Assembly (NCBI RefSeq): GCF_044704955.1
Contig: NC_091990.1
Span: forward strand, 177,568,001 to 177,632,000
DNA from: Pristiophorus japonicus
Lineage: Eukaryota
Length of the DNA: 64,000 nucleotides
Direction of reading: 5' to 3'
Made by a program: the position numbers and the translations under genes
Part shown: positions 1 through 13,389 of the stretch, piece after piece
How positions within the stretch are numbered: the stretch's first letter is position 1
How the letters are laid out: each line of letters begins with the position of its first letter
The notes under the pieces: generated by a model
Told to the model about the DNA's origin: nothing
Database searches by the model: none
What the model saw: only the letters and a program-made list of their open reading frames with translations

Positions 1-77
1 ATGATCCCTGTAATACCAATGTAACGTTCTGATACAATTTAACACAAAGATATCACACATGTTTTTGTGATGCTTAC

Positions 78-413
78 CTGACACCTGCATTGTTGAAGTC
101 TGTTTTGCATTTTCAGGGGTTATGAACACACTGCAAGTGTATCTTCCTTCATCTGCGATCTGTACTTTTGGAAGATGAAGTGAAGCATCTCCCTTTAGTA
201 GATCAAGCTCAGAAATGTTTGCTCCAGGTCGCATGTTGAAATGCTGTCCTCCAATGAACGAATACACTTCTATTTGTTCCCCAAGGATCCATTGGACTCC
301 TACCTTTTTTAGGTCGATGTCACCAACATAGCCAGTTACCTTGCATTTCAGGTGAACGTTTTCATTTACTAATACTTTCAGTGGGCTTTGAAATATCTCC
401 AGATCTATGGTAT
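78..413 (-). CDS. Gene A exon 2: Ig V-set domain of a B7-H6/NCR3LG1-like protein (gene continues beyond the left edge)
   Basis: 336-nt phase-1/phase-1 exon, tttaaag| acceptor and |gtaagc donor. Translates DTIDLEIFQSPLKVLVNENVHLKCKVTG...VQW...RPGANISELDLLKGDASLHLPKVQIADEGRYTCSVFITPENAKQTSTMQVS, with V-set C/W/D-x-G-x-Y-x-C and the B7-H6-like RPGA...GDASLxLP...TP motifs. Not in the ORF track. Confidence 0.9.
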
Positions 414-549
414 CTTTAAAAAAATGTAAGAATTGTGAAACCATATAGCAAGACATACTACCACAATACTGTACATCTTTGTGCACAAGACACATTTGTA
501 TTTTCCTTTTAAGTTTAAAACAACTTACGTATTCATGCCATGTTTACTT

Positions 550-716
550 TGGTGGCTGGTGTGCAACGGCCACCACATGTAAAAAAAATGCACGCACAGA
601 CATCTTCCACCCTTGGGAATGTAGTTCGGGTCCTTCATTGAAACACCTGTGAACTCATCCTTTTTTGGCGTGGAAGCAAGTCATCCTCGTTTCGAGGGAC
701 CGCCTATGATGATGAT
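550..716 (+). mobile_element. Truncated copy of the RTE-tailed SINE-like element
   Basis: Matches 48862-49043; (GAT)n tail. Confidence 0.75.
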
Positions 717-1199
717 TTTTAATGCAATTTTTATAGAACTTTCATTGCAAGATCTTCAGATGTCAGAGATGATCAGCATGTGTGCCATATATAGGAACTA
801 ATGATTGCAAACTTACAGTAGTTCTTTCTTCATACATTTTCTTCTTTAAATCAGTAAGAGCAAAAAAAGTGCAATGAATATGATCTCTTTCTCATGGACG
901 TTAATGGGAAGGCAGCTATATTGGCATACGTTCAAGCAGCTCATGAAGTCGGTTCCACCCCAAAAAGTAAGCAGAAAGCACGGGGTTGATGTACATCTGT
1001 GGCAAACATCAGGTGGGCGAGACAATCACCACACCTGCCCAATGATGTCGGTAAGAGGCCCAATGCATTTAGGAGTAAGGCCGCATTCAAACTTGATTGG
1101 CAAAGTGCCAGCACAAATGTTACAGCTTACAGGCAGCTTGCTGTTTGAGTGGGCAGGATATCTGACAAAGTTAACCTGAGTCTTTTATTTGTGGTGTGT

Positions 1200-2810
1200 G
1201 GGAAGCAAATATTTGAACCAACAGGCAGAATATCGACAGCCAGGGTACCCTGATTTTCAGATACAACAGTGGAGGTGCTTATTGAACTAATCAGGTCCAG
1301 GAAAAGAAGTCCTTTACCTTCAGATGGTGGATGGGTGCTATACCAAATAAGTCAGCAGGCATGGAGAGAACTGGCTGAGCAGATCAATACTAGCAATGTC
1401 ATTCCAAGAACCTGGCTGTAGAGTCAGAAAAAAAGTAATGATCTTGCCAGGACTGCAGTAGTAAGACTCCTCTTCACATCTCACGACCTCGGAATACAGC
1501 CCTGGAATACCACACTTTTTCCCAGCACTGCCAATCCTTCTCCCCTCCCCGACACATGCCTCTCCTTCAATCATAATGGCACACTTTACTGCACCTCCTT
1601 CTTTGTACACACGCACACGGAATACCTGCTGACGCCTTCCAAAAGCAGAAACAAACAATCTGCTTTTATTTCGATTAGACTTGGGTAAAGTTCACATTTC
1701 TGTTTAGCTCTGTGATACTTCACATTGCATACACTTTCTTTCAACAATCTTGTGCACGTTTGCTGCTTCTTCCTCTCAGCATGCATCTGATGCCAAGCTG
1801 CCTCAGAAACTTTTCACATAACAACATAAGAAATAGGAGCAGGAATAGGCCATTTAGCCCCTCGAGCCTGCTCCACCATTTAATAAGATCATGACTGATC
1901 TGATCATGGACTCAGCTCCACTTCCCTGCCCACTCCCCATAACCCTTTATTCCCTTAGCGCTCAAAAATCTGTCTATCTCCGCCTTAAATATATTCAATG
2001 ACACAGCCTCCACAGCTCTCTGGGGCAGAGAATTCCATAGATTTACAACCCTCAGAGAGAAGAAATTCCTCCTTATGTCGGTTTTAAATGGGCAGCCCCT
2101 TATTCTAAGACTATGTCCCCTATTTTTGTTTCCCCTATGAGTGGAAATATCTTCTCTGCATCCACCTTGTTGAGCCCCCTCATTATCTTATATGTTTTGA
2201 TAAGATCTCCTCTCATTCTTCTGAACTCCAATGAGTATAGTCCCAACCTACTCAAGCTGTCTTCATAAGTCAATCCCCTCATCTTCAGAATCAACCCAGT
2301 GAACCTTCTCTGAACAGCCTCCAATGCCAGTATATCCTTCCTTAAATATAGGGACCAAAACTGTACGCAGTACTCCAGGTGTGACCTCATCAATAACCTG
2401 TATAGTTGTAGCAGGACTTCTCTGCTTTTTATACTCCATCCCCCTTGCAATAAAGGCCAACATTCCATTTGCCTTCCTGATTACTTGCTGTACCTGCATA
2501 CTAACTTTTTGTGTTTCATGCACAAGCACCCCCAGGTCTTTCTGTACCATGAACCCACTCCCATTCTTCTTACAGAGAAGCTTGCACAAAACAGGAGGCA
2601 GACTGCAGGAAACGGGGAGCGTATAAGCCATGTTGCAAACTCTCACTCCAATGGAGAATGCTGCCATCGATTTTATTGGTGGGGGTAGGACACAGCATAG
2701 GACACACAGCATTTCCTGGACCTGATTTGTTCAATAAGCACATTCACAGTAGTGTCTGAAAATCAGGGTATTCTTCTGCCTGTTGCTCCAAATATTCGCT
2801 CTCAACACAC
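1200..2810. mobile_element. Old Harbinger-derived element with inverted Myb/SANT-like remnants, CR1 inserted
   Basis: 1200-1305 is an inverted repeat of 2712-2810. Remnant reading FSDTTVEVLIELIRSRK...WRELAEQINTSNVIPRTWL*SQKKSNDL resembles a Myb/SANT-like domain. Confidence 0.5.
1826..2550 (-). mobile_element. CR1 LINE 3' fragment
   Basis: RT C-terminus (HLEYCVQFWS, RRMRGDLI) and CR1 3' tail. Confidence 0.85.
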
Positions 2811-3064
2811 AAGTAAAAATTCTATCTCCCTTTTAAAAGGTTCATGTTGGCGAGAGGCCACACATAGCAGGGTACTTGGCCAATTTATCTTCCTTTACTC
2901 TTACCATTTAACTCTCTAGCCCACACACACACACACACCATGGCACCCTGTGGCTGAATTGCACTGCCACTCATCTGCTGCTGCTTACCTTTTGCCATTC
3001 CATTATTACAGCCAGAGTCAGAGGAGTGGAGAGTTTGTGAGGAGTTGTAAGGTTAGGGAAAATT

Positions 3065-3830
3065 AAACAACAACTTGCATTTATATAGCAGCTTTAACAG
3101 AGACAAATGTCCCTTCAAAGAAGTGTAATGAGAAAAAATGAATGCAGATCCAAAGCAGGGAGGTATTATAAAAACCTTGGTCAAAGAGGTGAGGTATAAG
3201 GAAGAGCTTAAAGGAGATGGGGAAGTGGAGAGGCAGAGAGGTTAAGGGAGAGAATTCCAGAATGTGGGCTGAAAGCATGACAGCCAATGGAGGGGCATAG
3301 GGTGTGGGATGCACAAGAGGCCAGAGTTGGAGGGTTATAAGGCTGGAGGGGCACAGGGTGTGGGATGCACAAGAGGACAGAGTTGGAGGGTTATAAGGCT
3401 GGAGCTGGTTAAAGAAATAGGAGGGACAAGGCCATGAAGGATTTGAACACAAAGATAATAATTTAAAATTTGAAGCATTGGGAGACCAGGAGCCAATGTA
3501 GGTCAGCAAGGACAGGGGCCCAAGATCAATAGGACGTGATATGGGTTGGGATAAAGGCAGCAGAGTTTTGGATGGGTTGAAAACTTTAGGGACGGTGGAC
3601 AATGGGGTGAGGCCCAAAGAGCATTAGTCGGATCTGGAGGTGAAAGAGGCATAGATATGGGTTCCAGTGCCAGACTGGTTGAGTTTTGGGTGGAGGTGGG
3701 TTCTGTTATGGAGGTAGAAGTAGGCAGTCTATCTGATGGAGAGGATATGTGGTTGGGAGATCAGCTTGGGGACAAATAGGACGCCAAAGTTGCAAACAGT
3801 CTGCTTTAGCCTGAAACACTACCTCTGTTA
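3065..3830 (-). mobile_element. L2-like LINE 3' fragment
   Basis: Reverse-complement similarity to the L2-type 3' region at 47910-49280; acaacaacttgcatttatatagc tail. Confidence 0.6.
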
Positions 3831-6131
3831 CTGGGTTAAATTCACTTTACACACCAACAAATCTCTGAAACTAGTCATCTCTAACCTAAGGAATGGCGAA
3901 TTCACCCTCTGTGACTGCTTCTACTCCAAATTTGTGCAGACTGCCTAAGATCCAACTAGACAGGGAGCCTAAAACCTAGGCTTTAATTTTAGCCTAAAAC
4001 CTAACGTCTGATCAAACTTGCTACTGCCTTCCTACATCATGGCTCTCCTCCCACCTGTGCTGGGCTCATTTAAATAAGATTATTCTAGCATATTTTGTGT
4101 GAATGTCACTGGAACATAAAATTAACACAGCTCATTGCCTCAAACTGTTGCACTAAGCACAAAACACCATTCTGAACACATATTCTGTCTGAATTTATTT
4201 CACACTCCCCAAAGTTTGCGTAACGTTAATCCCTCATGTACCGATTTTAAGTTAATAGCATATAAATCTTCTTGACACCCTTAGGCCAAATAATAAAGAA
4301 AGATCTTGAAACATGACAGTGCTCACTGGTATTGTTTTTAAATTTCCATGGACCCACCAGTCCATCAGCTCGTTCTACCAGTTGGAGGAACCAAACATTC
4401 AACATCCATGAGCATCAGGTAATGGGATGGATTTGACCTGCATTCCACAGGTTGAACATGGCCAAGTTTGGGCATTGCACTGAACTGACATTATAATAGA
4501 AAATTGGAGCAATTGTAAAATAACTCAAGTAAGATATGATCAACAGTCCAGTCCAAAGCTTACTCATTCCTCTGATTATCTTGAAAGTTAGCCCGTTTTG
4601 AACCAATAAAAAATAATCTACTTCAGATGCAGCAAACAGCTGTAACAGTAACAAATTGCTCTCATAAAAAACTCACTGTAAATGCCTCCATTTCATGATT
4701 ACACAGATTTGAAAATGTAAACGAATCATTTCAGTAATGCTTCAAGAAATTGAAAAGAGAAGCACTACATAGAAGTAAAAACTTTGATTTTATCTGATAC
4801 TGAAGATGCAATTTGAAATATTTTATTACCTGCATATTCTGACGTGGCCATAATGTTTAGTAAATCATTTTGTTTTTACTTTCACTATTATTCCTTATGC
4901 CTTTGTAATCAAATAAGACTTTTGACAAACTGACCAAAATCTTCTTGGAGTTTCCATGAACATGGACAAATGTAAAATGAAATTCACATCATATTAAATG
5001 TTAGTTTTATGTCCTTTCTACCTTTGTCCATCCATGGCAACTCTCCATCATTCTTATCTGCATTTTTCTAGCTACCTTTGCTCTCCTCATTTCCTCCCAA
5101 TTGTTCCTTTATTGCAAGTGCTAATCTATAACCTGCCTCCAAACCTGCACGTGTTTAAATTCAGGTCTCGCCCCTCCACTTTCCCCAACCTTCTTTTGCT
5201 TCTCCCATTTTTTTCTGATGATATTCCTTTTGATCAGTCTCCATTACCCCTTTACTGAAAGGTAGCCTGCCCAAACTTCTTTTGCTGGCACCTTAGACCT
5301 GAAACAATCTGGAAGCGTTTAAGTGATATCACAATCACACTGCAATAAGAAAACTGGGAGTGAATCGTTCCAGAGTTCATTCCAGAACCAACATATACTG
5401 CCACCTCCACACTGCAATCTAAAGCTATTGGAGATTGTTCATTTCATTAGACGGAAATATAAAAATCAAAAACTGACTTTATTTGCAACAATAACATTGG
5501 TGTGTGAATGCAGCTTCAAACTCAAAATGGTTGTTAGAACTCAACAGCCAGCTTCACAGAGTTTAGACTGACAAAGGCCACCACACACCATCACTGGTTT
5601 AGTTCATTATACAAAAAATGAAACCTCAAGTTTTATTTTCCCAGCACTTTAGAAGATTTAAGTTAAAGTTAAAAAATGAAATCATTTAAAAAGGATAAAT
5701 AGCAGAAAAGATTTCAGGTGTAACTCGGCCTGAAAAAAATCAGGTGTATTCACGACCAGCTGGTCTTGCACCTGATTAGTGAACTGACAGTAACAGAGAC
5801 GCTGTTACTTGCAATTTAAAATTAAATATATATCATGGTAAATATACTTTCTGCAGGGCTCATAGAAACGGCAAGTTTACAAATAATAAATATACTTAAA
5901 TAATTACACATAATCAACAGTTTAGAAGCTGCACCTATTAAAATTCTGCTAACGATGATTTTTGACTTTTCTATGTAATAGCGAGCAGACTTTGCTGTTA
6001 AACTAATCATCCTCACACTTGTAAATGTTGACTATAATGCAAGCAAAATCTCTCCAAACACTTTTATTTATCGACCTGCATTTTGTCATTGGACAAATAC
6101 TAAAAGAGAAGTTAAATCAGTAAAACTTTAC

Positions 6132-6180
6132 CTGATGTTGAAATCAATGATACAATACTGCAAAAAGTCAAAATGTTCAT
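6132..6180 (-). CDS. Gene A exon 1: signal-peptide exon
   Basis: ATG at 6180; MNILTFCSIVSLISTS + g|gtaaag. The phase-1 donor joins in frame to the V exon at 413. Confidence 0.7.
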
Positions 6181-6265
6181 CTTGTATCGAGAACTGTAGC
6201 TGCTAAAGCATTCTCCAAGAACAATATTTATTAACTGGTGCGTGCTTACTGCAGAACAAATTCAG

Positions 6266-6280
6266 ACTTTTACTTTCATT
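6266..6280. promoter_or_regulatory. IRF-like site about 90 bp upstream of the gene A ATG
   Basis: Minus strand AATGAAAGTAAAAGT, one mismatch from GAAAGTGAAAG. Confidence 0.25.
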
Positions 6281-6337
6281 ATTACATAACCTTTGGCTGT
6301 TTGATTAGCAAGAGAGAGCAAATTAAATGGAACGTAT

Positions 6338-6524
6338 TGTGTTCCTAACACAGATGAGACTGCACACAGGGAGGTTAAAGTAACAGTGACCTCAGTCTTT
6401 ATTAAGACACTCCAGGGGCCGGCTTATATATAGTGCTCCCAAGGGATGATGGAATCCCTTGGGACTTCAGGGGATGCGCTCCCCAGTGGCCGAACATGGG
6501 AGTGCATGCTTTACAGATACACCA
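6338..6524 (-). mobile_element. Solo LTR of the same Gypsy family
   Basis: Matches 19517-19723 with a roughly 20-bp internal deletion. Lies about 160 bp upstream of the gene A ATG. Confidence 0.88.
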
Positions 6525-6886
6525 TAGAACGTTTGTTACCCGAGACAAAGTTCAAGCACAACAGGTTCATTCACCAATATTTAAAGGTGCAGCTTTTCAA
6601 TTTAAGATTATAAACAAGAACATTTGTCTCAACACATATTGCATCCAAAAGAGCTGGTATCACATCACGAACACCTCATACCATTTGGCTGTTGTTCATA
6701 AACAACAAAATTCTCACTTTGGCGCCTGGATGGCAATGCATGGATAATTTGCCAGCTTTCATTCCAATCAGGCAGGCTCGGTTATTACCATTTTTATCTG
6801 AGTGCCAGCTGGCCCAGAGTGTACATTGGTGCTGACAGGTGCTGGTCTGCAAATGAGCACTGTGGGCGCTCAGTAAGCGGATCATA

Positions 6887-7506
6887 GGGCTAGAATTTGC
6901 ACGGCATCTCTGCCTGGTTTCTCGGCGGTGTTGGTCGGTTTGGGCGAACAACCAGGTCGGCGAAAATTTCCATAAAGAGTTCCGCCGGGGGTTTCGAAAT
7001 ACCGCTGGAGAGCGGACTGCCGCCGTGCATCGTCCAAAAACCGCCATCGTCGGAGTTTTGACTCAGCGGTAACCCGTAGGTAAGTAGAAAATAAACGGCC
7101 ACGAGAAGCAGCGGTCAGTAAGTAGCCCTACAAAAAATGGTAAGGTTTTTAATAATTATTTTAAAATTTTTTTACAGTGATTAAGTTGAAAAAGGTCCTG
7201 AGAATGTTTCCTGATTTTTTATTTAATATTTTTTGGATAAAATATTTTTTGTGTTTTCTCCCCCTCCTCGGCCCAATCCGCAGCCTCGGTCTAAATTTTA
7301 GTAATTACCGCCCATTTTGTTTAAGAACCGCCCAATCAGCCCAGGATTGCGTTTTCCGTCGAGAATCGGGGTGTAAAGTCCATTTTTTTTCGCTGGGCAT
7401 AATTTTTCCCTTTTTTTGTGGAATTTTTCGTCCATGGTAATTTTTAAATCTTCGCTTATTTTGGGCGGCAATCCGGCACTGGCAGATTTTTTGGAAATTC
7501 TAGCCC
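6887..7506. mobile_element. Harbinger-like MITE
   Basis: TIRs GGGCTAGAATTT ... AAATTCTAGCCC. Confidence 0.7.
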
Positions 7507-8603
7507 GTGGAAACTCGGGAGCAGCAATTTAAAGGCACACATACAGTGGAAATCGTTTCCACCCGAGTTTCCTCATTTGGTAAATCGATTCTATGCTGTT
7601 CGAGCGCTGGAAGTACGACAGAGTAGACGAGGAACTTCACCCCCGGACAGATTTTCGCACATTCTGATATAATCTAATATTCCGAATTAACACACCAGCA
7701 TGAGCTAGTTTCATCAACACTGAAGAACAGGAATAAAATACTGATCAATGTGCTATGATTCTTCAGTAAGATAGCCTGACAAGATCATGGGAGAGCACAG
7801 TTATTAAAAAGGTAATAAGAGAATAAGGAATAGGAAGAGAGGAGAAAGAGAGGAATGGGGAAAGAGAGACACTTTCAGCATTGACCGGAGAGTAAGGGAG
7901 ACATAGATGACAGGGAACGCAGAAGCAAGAGTGATTTTTTTTTTGACCATCAGTGGGAAGTGGTAAACTATGACAGTCACCAGAAGGGTTGTGGTACCGC
8001 TTTTGAAGAGCCAGATGTTCCAGCGGGCAAGTCGAGAGCAGAGAAACCACAAACTTATCACCAGTGAAAAATGAGCAGGTTAACTTACCTGCTCAGAACC
8101 AAACCTTTTCCTGCAGTCACCAACATTACTCTACAGGTGGATGAGCTGCTCACCTAAATTAGGTGGAGCCCCATGAATTTATGCAAATCGTGGTTCCAAT
8201 ATGTCAACAGGATCCGCAATGTATTTTTAATCAGGGCCTGAGCGAGGAACTCGCCATGGCTCTCCCACTGGGCTGAAGCAGGGCATCAGCTGGTGAGACG
8301 GGTGAAGGGGCCCTCCAGGCAAGTAAAATAATTTTCTGTACAGAACCAGGAGGAGCAGGATGGTTCTCTAGGCCCCACAGGAAAAGTTGTGGTCTTCACT
8401 GACCCAGATTCCTCACCCCCTTCGCTCCCGCAAGATCCTCTCGTAATCTTTTCCCCTTCACTTACCAGAAAGCTGCTGACAGTGGCATTTAAATGAGGCC
8501 CTGAACTTAAAATACCCCAGGCCTGAAATACAGGCCAGAGAATGCGTTTTGCACCCCTCCCACACTTTGTTGCAGCTTATCGTCTTTGCTACCTAAAATT
8601 ATA

Positions 8604-10346
8604 GGGCTAGAACCTCCACGTTTGCGCTTATTGCCCAAAAATGGGCGTGGGCGGTAAAAAAGGGTTTTCTGATCGCCGGCTTCTCACCCATTCTCAAAAC
8701 ACCTAGTTTACATTTTTGAAAATCGGCGTTACCGTGAGCGATATGAAATGGGCAGTAGCGTTAAATCTCGATGACCTTCTGTCGTGTGATGCATCTGCAG
8801 ATCCTGAAGTGATGCCACGTAAATAAAGCTTGCATCATTGCGTGATGTAAAGTCAATAGATGCCACACCAACTCATATCCGAACAATCCTATATGATAGG
8901 TGATTTCTAAAAGTGTCATAGAAATAATGCTGGCCTAATGAAAATCATTGCAATGCACGATGTGTTGATGGTCATGAAATGTGATGTCTGCGGTGATTTT
9001 GAGAGCGCTGGTGCTTTGTTGTGTATATGCTGTGTGTAGCGCTGGATTCACCTTGTCACCCCAGCACCCCCTTCTCCTCTAATAACCTCATTTGTGTCTT
9101 GCAGCTCAGCCAGCAGCGCGGCTCCAGGCAAGGCCAAAGAGGCCAGAAGGTGGGGGTGCGGGGCAGCAAGTCGGTGGACGATCCTACTATATCTGGTGCT
9201 GAGGAGCTCCGATTGTCGTCTGTCAATCCGCTGGGTCTGTTCTCGACGGATGAGAGCGTGGACTTCTTAGAACCTGCATCGCCATGCTCCAGAACCCATT
9301 CCACCCCAAGGCCATCTAATGGTCCTCTGGTCATTCCCAGCTCCTCTCTGGAGGTACCGGTCCCAAGTACCTCGCCACAGGGCATCCCATTTATCCACAG
9401 GACGGCGCTGACCCAGTGGAGGCCTCGTGGATGTGGCAGGTCTGACAGTGGAGAGATGGTACAGTTGTCCAGGAGGACAATAGACATTGGTGACCAGCTC
9501 ATCGAAGCTTTGGGGGGCATATCCCGACACCTGGCCACCATGACTGAGTATATTCCACTCATGGCGGAGTCCCTGGATGCAATAGCCAGGAACACTGCTG
9601 CCACAGGCCTCCCAGTGGTCCTCGAGCGTGCAATTCCACCCCTACGTTCCGCACCACCACTGCAAATGACAGATGAGAGCAAGGACCAAGATCCTGCTTC
9701 TGCATCAGAGAATGTTGCCCCCTCAGCACTCCCCGCTCCTGTACCCATCCATCCAACGCATCTGTCTTCATCTCCCCCAGTGAGGCACCGCCTGAGGAGC
9801 TCCTCGGCCAGGCGCCATGGAGCGAGGAGGAGAAGGGGTAGAGGTGGGGAGAAGGAGAGGGGGGAAGGAAAGTGAGGTGCATGTGCGCAGGTGATAGCTG
9901 TGTTACATCTCCATCTGGGTGTATACAATTTGCTGCAATGTATGGGGGCTGGGGACCACGCTACTGCTTTGCCTTTTTTATTCTGTGTTGCTGGACATGT
10001 TGAACATGTGATTTATGTCAATGGTGGAAAAAGTGGGGTGTGGGCAGGGGTTGGGTGTTATTGACTGTGTTACTTATGATTTCAGACCAATGTTGGTATT
10101 AAACTTTTGTTATTGAACATAACCTTGTAGTGCATTGTCCCAGATAGCTGGACCGTTATACACTGGTGATTCCTTACCATGAAAAGGTTAAATACAACTT
10201 GACATCAATCAATGTAAACTTTAACTGGCATCAAGGTGATGGGCACCATTGATGTCTGAGCTGCGCACACACAGCAGTGTGTCAGCGTTGTCACTCACAT
10301 CAGGGCTCTTTCAGTCAAATCTTTCCGATATCAGTGCCTCACGTAA
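8604..10346. mobile_element. Truncated Harbinger transposon: TIR, accessory-protein 3' exon and transposase C-terminal tip
   Basis: GGGCTAGAA terminus. Plus-strand low-complexity/helical exon after ttgcag| (about 9106-9875), convergent with minus-strand LREALISERFD* (10311-10346), which resembles a Harbinger transposase end. Confidence 0.5.
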
Positions 10347-12044
10347 AAGTGGGATTTAACAAATACCAGCTACACCGCTGTCGTTCGTTCCAGTTAGTCC
10401 CACATAGGTCATGGCTATACAAATCGCAAAGAACACCTAGATCATACCCCACCCCCCACTTCCCCGAATACACAAGTTCTCTATTACTATTCAGTGTTAC
10501 ACATTTATTAGCATTAGTTTGCACCAACTCCACAATTTCTTAGGTTGATATCAGTGCCATTCTATGCAGAGTTCCTCATTAGAGATTGTCGGTTCCACAG
10601 ATTTGTATCTCTGGAATGGCATTCCGAACAATCATTGCTTTTTCCCCTATTGAACTGGGGTCAAATACCTCAAATATAAAATGAGCATATATTACATAGA
10701 ATTGCATAGAAATATATGGCATAGAAATAGGCCATTCAGCCCAACCAGTCTGTGCTGGTGTTTATACTCCACACAAGTCTATCTACTCATCTCAGCCTTT
10801 CAACGTATCTTTCTGTTATCTTTATCTCATGTGCTCATCTAGCTTCCTTTTGAAAGCAGCCAAGCTATTTGCCTCAACCACTGGTAGCGAGTTCCACATT
10901 CTAACCACTCTCTGAGGAAAGACATTTTTCCTGATTGACAGGCTAGAGGTCTGCCGGATGGAATCTCCTACAGTAAAAGGCTGCAGCTGAGTTGGCCTGA
11001 TTGCAGGTAGGTCTAGTGGGGGATGGGATAGATCGCAGGGCAGGGGGGTTTGCAGGGGTCCGATCACGGGGCTGTTGCTTGCCCCGGTCACGCAGGTCCC
11101 AGCTTTCCTGTAGAGTACGCCACGCTGTATCAGACTCCCAATGGCTGTAAATTGCCACTCAAAAGCTCAAAAATATCTATGGGCAGCTGTAAGTGTAATG
11201 AACAGCGAGCATCATTCCTTCGCTGCTGATCGCAAAATCTGGGCCAAAGTATTTTCCTTCTCTTTCTTAAGTGCTTTTCTCTATCTTTCTTCTTCTCCCT
11301 TTTTGGTATTTCTGAATAGCCTCTAGCAAGGAAGAGCTAACAGGATTCTGGGATGTATCAGCTCAGTGCCATTATCTGAAAAGGATGCTGTTCTTTTCGT
11401 GTGAGCCCCCCACTCACCCACCCCCCACCCCGCCAAACATGGAGTTTTCAGCCTGTTGTACACAATATTTCATACTTTACACTTGTGATTGCTTACTACA
11501 AAATTGCAAAAATATGTTAATTCCCTTTAAAACAAAACATCACTAATACTTGTCATTCTGCAGTGCAGGATAACCTCAACAACACATGTTCTTAACACAA
11601 GTTCAGCAACAATTTCAAGTACTATGGACTCCAAGGATAAACAGAATACATTATAAAAAGATTATTTAGCAATATGCAATTCTGGAGCAATTACAATTTC
11701 ATCAGTCACAAAACTGCATTCAGATTAGTTACAAAATATTTACATATTTCACAAATAAATGACCAATAAAACATGCCTTCATATCCTAATAGGGACAAAA
11801 GCTATAAAACAAAATGGTGGAACAAATATGAGTTATGGAAATATGGGTTATGAAGTTGCTCAGAATTTTAGATTAAAATAAATCTGAAATAAACCAAATG
11901 CCTAAAAATGTATAACTTGTTTTCCAGTGTAATATAGAAAGAAAAATTTTATTTAATTCTAAGAATTTTTTATTCCACACAAGGTGTAACAATGTCCAAC
12001 CACTGAATCTACAGAATTGTGGACTCATGAGAAGCTATTATTAA

Positions 12045-12460
12045 GGGAATGGTAGCATAGTGGTTATGTTACTGGGACTAGTAATCAACAGGCCTGGACT
12101 AATGATTCAGAGACGTTAGTTCAAATCCCACCATGGCAGCAGGGGAATTTACATTCAGTTAATTAAATAAATCTAAAATTAAAAAGCTAGTATCAGTAAT
12201 GGTGATCATGAAACTACCAGATTGTCATATAAAACCCATCTGGTTTGCTAATGTCATTTAGGGAAGGAAATTTGACATCCTTACCCAGTCTGGCCTATGT
12301 GACTCCAGACCCCACTGTGTAGTTGACTTGCAAATGGCCCAGCAAGCCACTCAGTTGTACTAAAGCGCTATTAAAAAAAAAAGTACAGTGTTTTTTCTCA
12401 AGGGCAATAAATGCTTGTTGCTGATGCCCAAATCCTAATAATGAATGAAAATAAATAAAT
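12045..12460 (+). mobile_element. tRNA-derived SINE
   Basis: A-box tagcatagtgg, B-box gttcaaatcc, A-rich tail. Confidence 0.55.
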
Positions 12461-13273
12461 AACCAATGGTTGATGGGTCAAATCATCAAGGTGCAAAATG
12501 GTTGTTAGAGCCTCAATTCTTCAGTATTAATTATCAATGAAAGTGAATGTTATCTAACTATTTAACGAATCAGATTTGCAACACAGGATTGTTCTTGGCA
12601 GCATTAGTGTAAGGCCAGAATGGTATTCAAAGGGTTGCCATCAAAACAAAGCTCTGCAACTGCCTTTGAGGAAAAATCACTCCCAATGACAGTAAAGGGC
12701 TTACCACTTATCTCTATTTTGCACAGCGACATGGAACAGTATTTTGGAGGAAAAAAATTAAACATGACTGGAAGACAAAATGAGCTTAGCATTGTCCTTC
12801 CATTTCTGGGTCCTGGATTCAAATCTAAGCCCGACTAATGGGATGACATTTTTTTCTGCGGACTAGAAGAATTGGAAATTAAATGAATCTCGGTGATCTT
12901 AACCCCAGTTGCTAATGCTTCAAGTCCACAGTAGAAAGTTGTCACATTTTTGCGCTAAACTGTCACTTTAACTGTCACAAGGAAAGGTAACTGATGCATT
13001 AAGTTGTGTTCTTCGGAAGCTGTGATCAGTGCACATTGTTGGGACACTGTGACAATAGCTTAATTCTGCATATTTTACATGCTGCACCAAAACGAAGATG
13101 CTTGATTCAATAAACAGTGAAGACTATTAGAAAGATACTCCATTTCCCATTTTCCTCAACGAGTACAAAATTCATCACTATTCTCAAAAACATAATTAAG
13201 TTTCCATGGTTATTGTTAAACAAGTTAGTTTTTCCATCCTCAACACAAGTGTTATATGTTGCTATTAACAAAG

Positions 13274-13350
13274 TTAGCAGCAGCTCCCTCGGATCCAAAG
13301 TAACTGTTTGTTCTTCCAGCCTTTAACATCAAAATGTACTTTTCCGGAAT
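13274..13350 (-). other. Candidate start of the terminal exon of gene B
   Basis: Acceptor ccttttgctttag|. Phase-1 reading DSGKVHFDVKGWKNKQLLWIRGSCC*, followed by AT-rich, UTR-like unique sequence. No homology evidence. Confidence 0.25.
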
Positions 13351-13389
13351 CTAAAGCAAAAGGATATTTTAAAACATTCAGTCTAAATT

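Noticed and set aside
9021-9928. 284/290-aa overlapping ORFs as a host gene
   Set aside because: Context (TIR, convergent transposase tip) points to a Harbinger accessory-gene fragment; the antisense ORF is a shadow.
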